Below are positions 14,501 through 28,300 of a stretch of 64,000 nucleotides of DNA, piece after piece. This stretch comes from Auanema rhodensis. Taxonomy: Eukaryota > Animalia > Nematoda. Position 1 is the first letter of the stretch. The number at the start of each line of letters is the position of its first letter. Position numbers and translations under genes: made by a program. The DNA is taken from assembly GCA_964057225.1 (NCBI GenBank), contig OZ059899.1, positions 21,266,001 to 21,330,000 of the forward strand, written 5' to 3'. The notes below the pieces were generated by a model. That model searched no databases. It saw nothing but the letters and a program-made list of their open reading frames with translations, and was not told the DNA's origin.

Positions 14501-17500
14501 TTTGAAAAAATTTTTGTCAAAATGTTTTTGGAAGCAATGTTGAGTGTACATGAAAACTCAACATACACTAATGCATCATTTTTCAAACGATCATAACTAA
14601 TTTTTGTATTAAGCGTTTCTCAATGTAGTATAGTGCATTCGATGCGGATTTTTAAGCTGCGTCGATCTGTGTTATCATATTTGCGCTAGCTTAAAAATGC
14701 ACCGAGATATCAACTGATATAAGTTCACACTTATATCCTCAATTTTCACCCTGAAGAATTAATTTTTTCGTTGAATAACATTGTCCATCGTCTTTGCCTT
14801 GAAAAAAGGAATCTAAAAACATCTACTTTTTGCTAAATTATTTTGAAATTTTTCGAAAAAATTTTTGTCAAAATGTTTTTGGAAGCAATGTTGAGTGTAC
14901 ATGGAAACTCAACATACACTAAGGCATCATTTTTCAAACGATCATAACTAATTTTTGTATTAAGCGTTTCTCAATGTAGTATAGTACATTCGATGCGGAT
15001 TTTCAAGCTGCGTCGATCTGTGTTATCAGATTTGCGCTAGCTTAAAAATGCACCGAGATATCAACTGATATAAGTTCACACTTATATCCTCGATTTTCAC
15101 CCTGAAGAATTAATTTTTTCGTTGAATAACATTGTCCATCGTCTTTGCCTTGAAAAAAGGAATCTAAAAACATCTACTTTTTGCTAAATTATTTTGAAAT
15201 TTTTCGAAAAAATTTTTGTCAAAATGTTTTTGGAAGCAATGTTGAGTGTACATGGAAACGCAACATACACTAAGGCATCATTTTTCAAACGATCATAACT
15301 AATTTTTGTATTAAGCGTTTTTCAATGTAGTATAGTGCATTCGATGCGGATTTTTAAGCTGCGTCGATCTGTGTTATCAGATTTGCGCTAGCTTAAAAAT
15401 GCACCGAGATATCAACTGATATAAGTTCACACTTATATCCTCGATTTTCACCCTGAAGAATTAATTTTTTCGTTGAATAACATTGTCCATCGTCTTTGCC
15501 TTGAAAAAAGGAATCTAAAAACATCTACTTTTCGCTAAATTATTTTGAAATTTTTTGAAAAAATTTTTGTCAAAATGTTTTTGGAAGCAATGTTGAGTGT
15601 ACATGGAAACTCAACATACACTAATGCATCATTTTTCAAACGATCATAACTAATTTTTGTATAAAGCGTTTCTCAATGTAGTATAGTGCATTCGATGCGG
15701 ATTTTTAAGCTGCGTCGATCTGTGTTATCATATTTGCGCTAGCTTAAAAATGCACCGAGATATCAACTGATATAAGTTCACACTTATATCCTCAATTTTC
15801 ACCCTGAAGAATTAATTTTTTCGTTGAATAACATTGTCCATCGTCTTTGCCTTGAAAAAAGGAATCTAAAAACATCTACTTTTTGCTAAATTATTTTGAA
15901 ATTTTTCGAAAAAATTTTTGTCAAAATGTTTTTGGAAGCAATGTTGAGTGTACATGGAAACTCAACGTACACTAATGCATCATTTTTCAAACGATCATAA
16001 CTAATTTTTGTATTAAGCGTTTCTCAATGTAGTATAGTGCATTCGATGCGGATTTTTAAGCTGCGTCGATCTGTGTTATCAGATTTGCGCTAGCTTAAAA
16101 ATGCACCGAGATATCAACTGATATAAGTTCACACTTATATCCTCGATTTTCACCCTGAAGAATTAATTTTTTCGTTGAATAACATTGTCCATCGTCTTTG
16201 CCTTGAAAAAAGGAATCTAAAAACATCTACTTTTCGCTAAATTATTTTGAAATTTTTTGAAAAAATTTTTGTCAAAATGTTTTTGGAAGCAATGTTGAGT
16301 GTACATGGAAACTCAACATACACTAATGCATCATTTTTCAAACGATCATAACTAATTTTTGTATTAAGCGTTTCTCAATGTAGTATAGTGCATTCGATGC
16401 GGATTTTTAAGCTGCGTCGATCTGTGTTATCATATTTGCGCTAGCTTAAAAATGCACCGAGATATCAACTGATATAAGTTCACACTTATATCCTCAATTT
16501 TCACCCTGAAGAATTAATTTTTTCGTTGAATAACATCGTCCATCGTCTTTGCCTTGAAAAAAGGAATCTAAAAACATCTACTTTTTGCTAAATTATTTTG
16601 AAATTTTTCGAAAAAATTTTTGTCAAAATGTTTTTGGAAGCAATGTTGAGTGTACATGGAAACTCAACGTACACTAATGCATCATTTTTCAAACGATCAT
16701 AACTAATTTTTGTATTAAGCGTTTCTCAATGTAGTATAGTGCATTTGATGCGGATTTTTAAGCTGCGTCGATCTGTGTTATCAGATTTGCGCTAGCTTAA
16801 AAATGCACCGAGATATCAACTGATATAAGTTCACACTTATATCCTCGATTTTCACCCTGAAGAATTAATTTTTTCGTTGAATAACATTGTCCATCGTCTT
16901 TGCCTTGAAAAAAGGAATCTAAAAACATCTACTTTTTGCTAAATTATTTTGAAATGTTTTGAAAAAATTTTTGTCAAAATGTTTTTGGAAGCAATGTTGA
17001 GTGTACATGGAAACGCAACATACACTAAGGCATCATTTTTCAAACGATCATAACTAATTTTTGTATTAAGCGTTTCTCAATGTAGTATAGTGCATTCGAT
17101 GCGGATTTTTAAGCTGCGTCGATCTGTGTTATCAGATTTGCGCTAGCTTAAAAATGCACCGAGATATCAACTGATATAAGTTCACACTTATATCCTCGAT
17201 TTTCACCCTGAAGAATTAATTTTTTCGTTGAATAACATTGTCCATCGTCTTTGCCTTGAAAAAAGGAATCTAAAAACATCTACTTTTTGCTAAATTATTT
17301 TGAAATTTTTTGAAAAAATTTTTGTCAAAATGTTTTTGGAAGCAATGTTGAGTGTACATGGAAACTCAACATACACTAATGCATCATTTTTCAAACGATC
17401 ATAACTAATTTTTGTATTAAGCGTTTCTCAATGTAGTATAGTGCATTCGATGCGGATTTTTAAGCTGCGTCGATCTGTGTTATCATATTTGCGCTAGCTT

Positions 17501-19305
17501 AAAAATGCACCGAGATATCAACTGATATATGTTCACACTTATATCCTCAATTTTCACCCTGAAGAATTAATTTTTTCGTTGAATAACATTGTCCATCGTC
17601 TTTGCCTTGAAAAAAGGAATCTAAAAACATCTACTTTTTGCTAAATTATTTTGAAATTTTTCGAAAAAATTTTTGTCAAAATGTTTTTGGAAGCAATGTT
17701 GAGTGTACATGGAAACTCAACGTACACTAATGCATCATTTTTCAAACGATCATAACTAATTTTTGTATTAAGCGTTTCTCAATGTAGTATAGTGCATTTG
17801 ATGCGGATTTTTAAGCTGCGTCGATCTGTGTTATCAGATTTGCGCTAGCTTAAAAATGCACCGAGATATCAACTGATATAAGTTCACACTTATATCCTCG
17901 ATTTTCACCCTGAAGAATTAATTTTTTCGTTGAATAACATTGTCCATCGTCTTTGCCTTGAAAAAAGGAATCTAAAAACATCTACTTTTTGCTAAATTAT
18001 TTTGAAATGTTTTGAAAAAATTTTTGTCAAAATGTTTTTGGAAGCAATGTTGAGTGTACATGGAAACTCAACATACACTAATGCATCATTTTTCAAACGA
18101 TCATAACTAATTTTTGTATTAAGCGTTTCTCAATGTAGTATAGTGCATTCGATGCGGATTTTTAAGCTGCGTCGATCTGTGTTATCAGATTTGCGCTAGC
18201 TTAAAAATGCACCGAGATATCAACTGATATAAGTTCACACTTATATCCTCGATTTTCACCCTGAAGAATTAATTTTTTCGTTGAATAACATTGTCCATCG
18301 TCTTTGCCTTGAGAAAAGGAATCTAAAAACATCTACTTTTTGCTAAATTATTCTGAAATTTTTTGAAAAAATTTTTGTCAAAATGTTTTTGGAAGCAATG
18401 TTGAGTGTACATGAAAACTCAACATACACTAATGCATCATTTTTCAAACGATCATAACTAATTTTTGTATTAAGCGTTTCTCAATGTAGTATAGTGCATT
18501 CGATGCGGATTTTTAAGCTGCGTCGATCTGTGTTATCATATTTGCGCTAGCTTAAAAATGCACCGAGATATCAACTGATATAAGTTCACACTTATATCCT
18601 CAATTTTCACCCTGAAGAATTAATTTTTTCGTTGAATAACATTGTCCATCGTCTTTGCCTTGAAAAAAGGAATCTAAAAACATCTACTTTTTGCTAAATT
18701 ATTTTGAAATTTTTCGAAAAAATTTTTGTCAAAATGTTTTTGGAAGCAATGTTGAGTGTACATGGAAACTCAACATACACTAAGGCATCATTTTTCAAAC
18801 GATCATAACTAATTTTTGTATTAAGCGTTTCTCAATGTAGTATAGTACATTCGATGCGGATTTTCAAGCTGCGTCGATCTGTGTTATCAGATTTGCGCTA
18901 GCTTAAAAATGCACCGAGATATCAACTGATATAAGTTCACACTTATATCCTCGATTTTCACCCTGAAGAATTAATTTTTTCGTTGAATAACATTGTCCAT
19001 CGTCTTTGCCTTGAAAAAAGGAATCTAAAAACATCTACTTTTTGCTAAATTATTTTGAAATTTTTCGAAAAAATTTTTGTCAAAATGTTTTTGGAAGCAA
19101 TGTTGAGTGTACATGGAAACGCAACATACACTAAGGCATCATTTTTCAAACGATCATAACTAATTTTTGTATTAAGCGTTTTTCAATGTAGTATAGTGCA
19201 TTCGATGCGGATTTTTAAGCTGCGTCGATCTGTGTTATCAGATTTGCGCTAGCTTAAAAATGCACCGAGATATCAACTGATATAAGTTCACACTTATATC
19301 CTCGA
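11584..19305 (+). repeat. Tandem duplication of an 11-monomer block (3861 bp x 2)
   Basis: Uncommon SNPs pair at offset 3861: 11802/15663, 12676/16537, 14452/18313, 15321/19182. Boundaries are approximate. Confidence 0.85.
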
Positions 19306-22300
19306 TTTTCACCCTGAAGAATTAATTTTTTCGTTGAATAACATTGTCCATCGTCTTTGCCTTGAAAAAAGGAATCTAAAAACATCTACTTTTTGCTAAA
19401 TTATTTTGAAATTTTTTGAAAAAATTTTTGTCAAAATGTTTTTGGAAGCAATGTTGAGTGTACATGGAAACTCAACGTACACTAATGCATCATTTTTCAA
19501 ACGATCATAACTAATTTTTGTATTAAGCGTTTCTCAATGTAGTATAGTGCATTCGTTGCGGATTTTTAAGCTGCGTCGATCTGTGTTATCATATTTGCGC
19601 TAGCTTAAAAATGCACCGAGATATCAACTGATATAAGTTCACACTTATATCCTCAATTTTCACCCTGAAGAATTAATTTTTTCGTTGAATAACATTGTCC
19701 ATCGTCTTTGCCTTGAAAAAAGGAATCTAAAAACATCTACTTTTTGCTAAATTATTTTGAAATTTTTCGAAAAAATTTTTGTCAAAATGTTTTTGGAAGC
19801 AATGTTGAGTGTACATGGAAACTCAACGTACACTAATGCATCATTTTTCAAACGATCATAACTAATTTTTGTATTAAGCGTTTCTCAATGTAGTATAGTG
19901 CATTCGATGCGGATTTTTAAGCTGCGTCGATCTGTGTTATCAGATTTGCGCTAGCTTAAAAATGCACCGAGATATCAACTGATATAAGTTCACACTTATA
20001 TCCTCGATTTTCACCCTGAAGAATTAATTTTTTCGTTGAATAACATTGTCCATCGTCTTTGCCTTGAAAAAAGGAATCTAAAAACATCTACTTTTCGCTA
20101 AATTATTTTGAAATTTTTTGAAAAAATTTTTGTCAAAATGTTTTTGGAAGCAATGTTGAGTGTACATGGAAACTCAACATACACTAATGCATCATTTTTC
20201 AAACGATCATAACTAATTTTTGTATAAAGCGTTTCTCAATGTAGTATAGTGCATTCGATGCGGATTTTTAAGCTGCGTCGATCTGTGTTATCATATTTGC
20301 GCTAGCTTAAAAATGCACCGAGATATCAACTGATATAAGTTCACACTTATATCCTCAATTTTCACCCTGAAGAATTAATTTTTTCGTTGAATAACATTGT
20401 CCATCGTCTTTGCCTTGAAAAAAGGAATCTAAAAACATCTACTTTTTGCTAAATTATTTTGAAATTTTTCGAAAAAATTTTTGTCAAAATGTTTTTGGAA
20501 GCAATGTTGAGTGTACATGGAAACTCAACGTACACTAATGCATCATTTTTCAAACGATCATAACTAATTTTTGTATTAAGCGTTTCTCAATGTAGTATAG
20601 TGCATTCGATGCGGATTTTTAAGCTGCGTCGATCTGTGTTATCAGATTTGCGCTAGCTTAAAAATGCACCGAGATATCAACTGATATAAGTTCACACTTA
20701 TATCCTCGATTTTCACCCTGAAGAATTAATTTTTTCGTTGAATAACATTGTCCATCGTCTTTGCCTTGAAAAAAGGAATCTAAAAACATCTACTTTTCGC
20801 TAAATTATTTTGAAATTTTTTGAAAAAATTTTTGTCAAAATGTTTTTGGAAGCAATGTTGAGTGTACATGGAAACTCAACATACACTAATGCATCATTTT
20901 TCAAACGATCATAACTAATTTTTGTATTAAGCGTTTCTCAATGTAGTATAGTGCATTCGTTGCGGATTTTTAAGCTGCGTCGATCTGTGTTATCATATTT
21001 GCGCTAGCTTAAAAATGCACCGAGATATCAACTGATATAAGTTCACACTTATATCCTCAATTTTCACCCTGAAGAATTAATTTTTTCGTTGAATAACATT
21101 GTCCATCGTCTTTGCCTTGAAAAAAGGAATCTAAAAACATCTACTTTTTGCTAAATTATTTTGAAATTTTTCGAAAAAATTTTTGTCAAAATGTTTTTGG
21201 AAGCAATGTTGAGTGTACATGGAAACTCAACGTACACTAATGCATCATTTTTCAAACGATCATAACTAATTTTTGTATTAAGCGTTTCTCAATGTAGTAT
21301 AGTGCATTCGATGCGGATTTTTAAGCTGCGTCGATCTGTGTTATCAGATTTGCGCTAGCTTAAAAATGCACCGAGATATCAACTGATATAAGTTCACACT
21401 TATATCCTCGATTTTCACCCTGAAGAATTAATTTTTTCGTTGAATAACATTGTCCATCGTCTTTGCCTTGAAAAAAGGAATCTAAAAACATCTACTTTTC
21501 GCTAAATTATTTTGAAATTTTTTGAAAAAATTTTTGTCAAAATGTTTTTGGAAGCAATGTTGAGTGTACATGGAAACTCAACATACACTAATGCATCATT
21601 TTTCAAACGATCATAACTAATTTTTGTATTAAGCGTTTCTCAATGTAGTATAGTGCATTCGTTGCGGATTTTTAAGCTGCGTCGATCTGTGTTATCATAT
21701 TTGCGCTAGCTTAAAAATGCACCGAGATATCAACTGATATAAGTTCACACTTATATCCTCAATTTTCACCCTGAAGAATTAATTTTTTCGTTGAATAACA
21801 TTGTCCATCGTCTTTGCCTTGAAAAAAGGAATCTAAAAACATCTACTTTTTGCTAAATTATTTTGAAATTTTTCGAAAAAATTTTTGTCAAAATGTTTTT
21901 GGAAGCAATGTTGAGTGTACATGGAAACTCAACGTACACTAATGCATCATTTTTCAAACGATCATAACTAATTTTTGTATTAAGCGTTTCTCAATGTAAT
22001 ATAGTGCATTCGATGCGGATTTTTAAGCTGCGTCGATCTGTGTTATCAGATTTGCGCTAGCTTAAAAATGCACCGAGATATCAACTGATATAAGTTCACA
22101 CTTATATCCTCGATTTTCACCCTGAAGAATTAATTTTTTCGTTGAATAACATTGTCCATCGTCTTTGCCTTGAAAAAAGGAATCTAAAAACATCTACTTT
22201 TCGCTAAATTATTTTGAAATTTTTTTTGAAAAATTTTTGTCAAAATGTTTTTGGAAGCAATGTTGAGTGTACATGGAAACTCAACATACACTAATGCATC

Positions 22301-25300
22301 ATTTTTCAAACGATCATAACTAATTTTTGTATAAAGCGTTTCTCAATGTAGTATAGTGCATTCGATGCGGATTTTTAAGCTGCGTCGATCTGTGTTATCA
22401 TATTTGCGCTAGCTTAAAAATGCACCGAGATATCAACTGATATAAGTTCACACTTATATCCTCAATTTTCACCCTGAAGAATTAATTTTTTCGTTGAATA
22501 ACATTGTCCATCGTCTTTGCCTTGAAAAAAGGAATCTAAAAACATCTACTTTTTGCTAAATTATTTTGAAATTTTTCGAAAAAATTTTTGTCAAAATGTT
22601 TTTGGAAGCAATGTTGAGTGTACATGGAAACTCAACGTACACTAATGCATCATTTTTCAAACGATCATAACTAATTTTTGTATTAAGCGTTTCTCAATGT
22701 AGTATAGTGCATTCGATGCGGATTTTTAAGCTGCGTCGATCTGTGTTATCAGATTTGCGCTAGCTTAAAAATGCACCGAGATATCAACTGATATAAGTTC
22801 ACACTTATATCCTCAATTTTCACCCTGAAGAATTAATTTTTTCGTTGAATAACATTGTCCATCGTCTTTGCCTTGAAAAAAGGAATCTAAAAACATCTAC
22901 TTTTTGCTAAATTATTTTGAAATTTTTCGAAAAAATTTTTGTCAAAATGTTTTTGGAAGCAATGTTGAGTGTACATGGAAACTCAACGTACACTAATGCA
23001 TCATTTTTCAAACGATCATAACTAATTTTTGTATTAAGCGTTTCTTAATGTAGTATAGTGCATTCGATGCGGATTTTTAAGCTGCGTCGATCTGTGTTAT
23101 CAGATTTGCGCTAGCTTAAAAATGCACCGAGATATCAACTGATGTAAGTTCACACTTATATCCTCGATTTTCACCCTGAAGAATTAATTTTTTCGTTGAA
23201 TAACATTGTCCATCGTCTTTGCTTTGAAAAAAGGAATCTAAAAACATCTACTTTTCGCTAAATTATCTTGAAATTTTTTGAAAAAATTTTTGTCAAAATG
23301 TTTTTGGAAGCAATGTTGAGTGTACATGGAAACTCAACATACACTAATGCATCATTTTTCAAACGATCATAACTAATTTTTGTATAAAGCGTTTCTCAAT
23401 GTAGTATAGTGCATTCGATGCGGATTTTTAAGCTGCGTCGATCTGTGTTATCATATTTGCGCTAGCTTAAAAATGCACCGAGATATCAACTGATATAAGT
23501 TCACACTTATATCCTCAATTTTCACCCTGAAGAATTAATTTTTTCGTTGAATAACATTGTCCATCGTCTTTGCCTTGAAAAAAGGAATCTAAAAACATCT
23601 ACTTTTTGCTAAATTATTTTGAAATTTTTCGAAAAAATTTTTGTCAAAATGTTTTTGGAAGCAATGTTGAGTGTACATGGAAACTCAACGTACACTAATG
23701 CATCATTTTTCAAACGATCATAACTAATTTTTGTATTAAGCGTTTCTCAATGTAGTATAGTGCATTCGATGCGGATTTTTAAGCTGCGTCGATCTGTGTT
23801 ATCAGATTTGCGCTAGCTTAAAAATGCACCGAGATATCAACTGATATAAGTTCACACTTATATCCTCGATTTTCACCCTGAAGAATTAATTTTTTCGTGG
23901 AATAACATTGTCCATCGTCTTTGCCTTGAAAAAAGGAATCTAAAAACATCTACTTTTCGCTAAATTATTTTGAAATTTTTTGAAAAAATTTTTGTCAAAA
24001 TGTTTTTGGAAGCAATGTTGAGTGTACATGGAAACTCAACATACACTAATGCATCATTTTTCAAACGATCATAACTAATTTTTGTATTAAGCGTTTCTCA
24101 ATGTAGTATAGTGCATTCGATGCGGATTTTTAAGCTGCGTCGATCTGTGTTATCATATTTGCGCTAGCTTAAAAATGCACCGAGATATCAACTGATATAT
24201 GTTCACACTTATATCCTCAATTTTCACCCTGAAGAATTAATTTTTTCGTTGAATAACATTGTCCATCGTCTTTGCCTTGAAAAAAGGAATCTAAAAACAT
24301 CTACTTTTTGCTAAATTATTTTGAAATGTTTTGAAAAAATTTTTGTCAAAATGTTTTTGGAAGCAATGTTGAGTGTACATGGAAACTCAACATACACTAA
24401 TGCATCATTTTTCAAACGATCATAACTAATTTTTGTATTAGGCGTTTCTCAATGTAGTATAGTGCATTCGATGCGGATTTTTAAGCTGCGTCGATCTGTG
24501 TTATCAGATTTGCGCTAGCTTAAAAATGCACCGAGATATCAACTGATATAAGTTCACACTTATATCCTCGATTTTCACCCTGAAGAATTAATTTTTTCGT
24601 TGAATAACATTGTCCATCGTCTTTGCCTTGAAAAAAGGAATCTAAAAACATCTACTTTTTGCTAAATTATTCTGAAATTTTTTGAAAAAATTTTTGTCAA
24701 AATGTTTTTGGAAGCAATGTTGAGTGTACATGAAAACTCAACATACACTAATGCATCATTTTTCAAACGATCATAACTAATTTTTGTATTAAGCGTTTCT
24801 CAATGTAGTATAGTGCATTCGATGCGGATTTTTAAGCTGCGTCGATCTGTGTTATCATATTTGCGCTAGCTTAAAAATGCACCGAGATATCAACTGATAT
24901 AAGTTCACACTTATATCCTCAATTTTCACACTGAAGAATTAATTTTTTCGTTGAATAACATTGTCCATCGTCTTTGCCTTGAAAAAAGGAATCTAAAAAC
25001 ATCTACTTTTTGCTAAATTATTTTGAAATTTTTCGAAAAAATTTTTGTCAAAATGTTTTTGGAAGCAATGTTGAGTGTACATGGAAACTCAACATACACT
25101 AAGGCATCATTTTTCAAACGATCATAACTAATTTTTGTATTAAGCGTTTCTCAATGTAGTATAGTACATTCGATGCGGATTTTCAAGCTGCGTCGATCTG
25201 TGTTATCAGATTTGCGCTAGCTTAAAAATGCACCGAGATATCAACTGATATAAGTTCACACTTATATCCTCGATTTTCACCCTGAAGAATTAATTTTTTC

Positions 25301-28300
25301 GTTGAATAACATTGTCCATCGTCTTTGCCTTGAAAAAAGGAATCTAAAAACATCTACTTTTTGCTAAATTATTTTGAAATTTTTCGAAAAAATTTTTGTC
25401 AAAATGTTTTTGGAAGCAATGTTGAGTGTACATGGAAACGCAACATACACTAAGGCATCATTTTTCAAACGATCATAACTAATTTTTGTATTAAGCGTTT
25501 TTCAATGTAGTATAGTGCATTCGATGCGGATTTTTAAGCTGCGTCGATCTGTGTTATCAGATTTGCGCTAGCTTAAAAATGCACCGAGATATCAACTGAT
25601 ATAAGTTCACACTTATATCCTCGATTTTCACCCTGAAGAATTAATTTTTTCGTTGAATAACATCGTCCATCGTCTTTGCCTTGAAAAAAGGAATCTAAAA
25701 ACATCTACTTTTTGCTAAATTATTTTGAAATTTTTTGAAAAAATTTTTGTCAAAATGTTTTTGGAAGCAATGTTGAGTGTACATGGAAACTCAACATACA
25801 CTAATGCATCATTTTTCAAACGATCATAACTAATTTTTGCATTAAGCGTTTCTCAATGTAGTATAGTGCATTCGTTGCGGATTTTTAAGCTGCGTCGATC
25901 TGTGTTATCATATTTGCGCTAGCTTAAAAATGCACCGAGATATCAACTGATATAAGTTCACACTTATATCCTCAATTTTCACCCTGAAGAATTAATTTTT
26001 TCGTTGAATAACATTGTCCATCGTCTTTGCCTTGAAAAAAGGAATCTAAAAACATCTACTTTTTGCTAAATTATTTTGAAATTTTTCGAAAAAATTTTTG
26101 TCAAAATGTTTTTGGAAGCAATGTTGAGTGTACATGGAAACTCAACGTACACTAATGCATCATTTTTCAAACGATCATAACTAATTTTTGTATTAAGCGT
26201 TTCTCAATGTAGTATAGTGCATTCGATGCGGATTTTTAAGCTGCGTCGATCTGTGTTATCAGATTTGCGCTAGCTTAAAAATGCACCGAGATATCAACTG
26301 ATATAAGTTCACACTTATATCCTCGATTTTCACCCTGAAGAATTAATTTTTTCGTTGAATAACATTGTCCATCGTCTTTGCCTTGAAAAAAGGAATCTAA
26401 AAACATCTACTTTTTGCTAAATTATTTTGAAATTTTTCGAAAAAATTTTTGTCAAAATGTTTTTGGAAGCAATGTTGAGTGTACATGGAAACGCAACATA
26501 CACTAAGGCATCATTTTTCAAACGATCATAACTAATTTTTGTATTAAGCGTTTCTCAATGTAGTATAGTGCATTCGATGCGGATTTTTAAGCTGCGTCGA
26601 TCTGTGTTATCAGATTTGCACTAGCTTAAAAATGCACCGAGATATCAACTGATATAAGTTCACACTTATATCCTCGATTTTCACCCTGAAGAATTAATTT
26701 TTTCGTTGAATAACATTGTCCATCGTCTTTGCCTTGAAAAAAGGAATCTAAAAACATCTACTTTTTGCTAAATTATTTTGAAATTTTTTGAAAAAATTTT
26801 TGTCAAAATGTTTTTGGAAGCAATGTTGAGTGTACATGGAAACTCAACGTACACTAATGCATCATTTTTCAAACGATCATAACTAATTTTTGTATTAAGC
26901 GTTTCTCAATGTAGTATAGTGCATTCGATGCGGATTTTTAAGCTGCGTCGATCTGTGTTATCAGATTTGCGCTAGCTTAAAAATGCACCGAGATATCAAC
27001 TGATATAAGTTCACACTTATATCCTCGATTTTCACCCTGAAGAATTAATTTTTTCGTTGAATAACATTGTCCATCGTCTTTGCCTTGAAAAAAGGAATCT
27101 AAAAACATCTACTTTTTGCTAAATTATTTTGAAATGTTTTGAAAAAATTTTTGTCAAAATGTTTTTGGAAGCAATGTTGAGTGTACATGGAAACTCAACA
27201 TACACTAATGCATCATTTTTCAAACGATCATAACTAATTTTTGTATTAAGCGTTTCTCAATGTAGTATAGTGCATTCGATGCGGATTTTTAAGCTGCGTC
27301 GATCTGTGTTATCAGATTTGCGCTAGCTTAAAAATGCACCGAGATATCAACTGATATAAGTTCACACTTATATCCTCGATTTTCACCCTGAAGAATTAAT
27401 TTTTTCGTTGAATAACATTGTCCATCGTCTTTGCCTTGAAAAAAGGAATCTAAAAACATCTACTTTTTGCTAAATTATTCTGAAATTTTTTGAAAAAATT
27501 TTTGTCAAAATGTTTTTGGAAGCAATGTTGAGTGTACATGAAAACTCAACATACACTAATGCATCATTTTTCAAACGATCATAACTAATTTTTGTATTAA
27601 GCGTTTCTCAATGTAGTTTAGTGCATTCGATGCGGATTTTTAAGCTGCGTCGATCTGTGTTATCATATTTGCGCTAGCTTAAAAATGCACCGAGATATCA
27701 ACTGATATAAGTTCACACTTATATCCTCAATTTTCACCCTGAAGAATTAATTTTTTCGTTGAATAACATTGTCCATCGTCTTTGCCTTGAAAAAAGGATT
27801 CTAAAAACATCTACTTTTTGCTAAATTATTTTGAAATTTTTCGAAAAAATTTTTGTCAAAATGTTTTTGGAAGCAATGTTGAGTGTACATGGAAACGCAA
27901 CATACACTAAGGCATCATTTTTCAAACGATCATAACTAATTTTTGTATTAAGCGTTTTTCAATGTAGTATAGTGCATTCGATGCGGATTTTTAAGCTGCG
28001 TCGATCTGTGTTATCAGATTTGCGCTAGCTTAAAAATGCACCGAGATATCAACTGATATAAGTTCACACTTATATCCTCGATTTTCACCCTGAAGAATTA
28101 ATTTTTTCGTTGAATAACATTGTCCATCGTCTTTGCCTTGAAAAAAGGAATCTAAAAACATCTACTTTTTGCTAAATTATTTTGAAATTTTTTGAAAAAA
28201 TTTTTGTCAAAATGTTTTTGGAAGCAATGTTGAGTGTACATGGAAACTCAACGTACACTAATGCATCATTTTTCAAACGATCATAACTAATTTTTGTATT

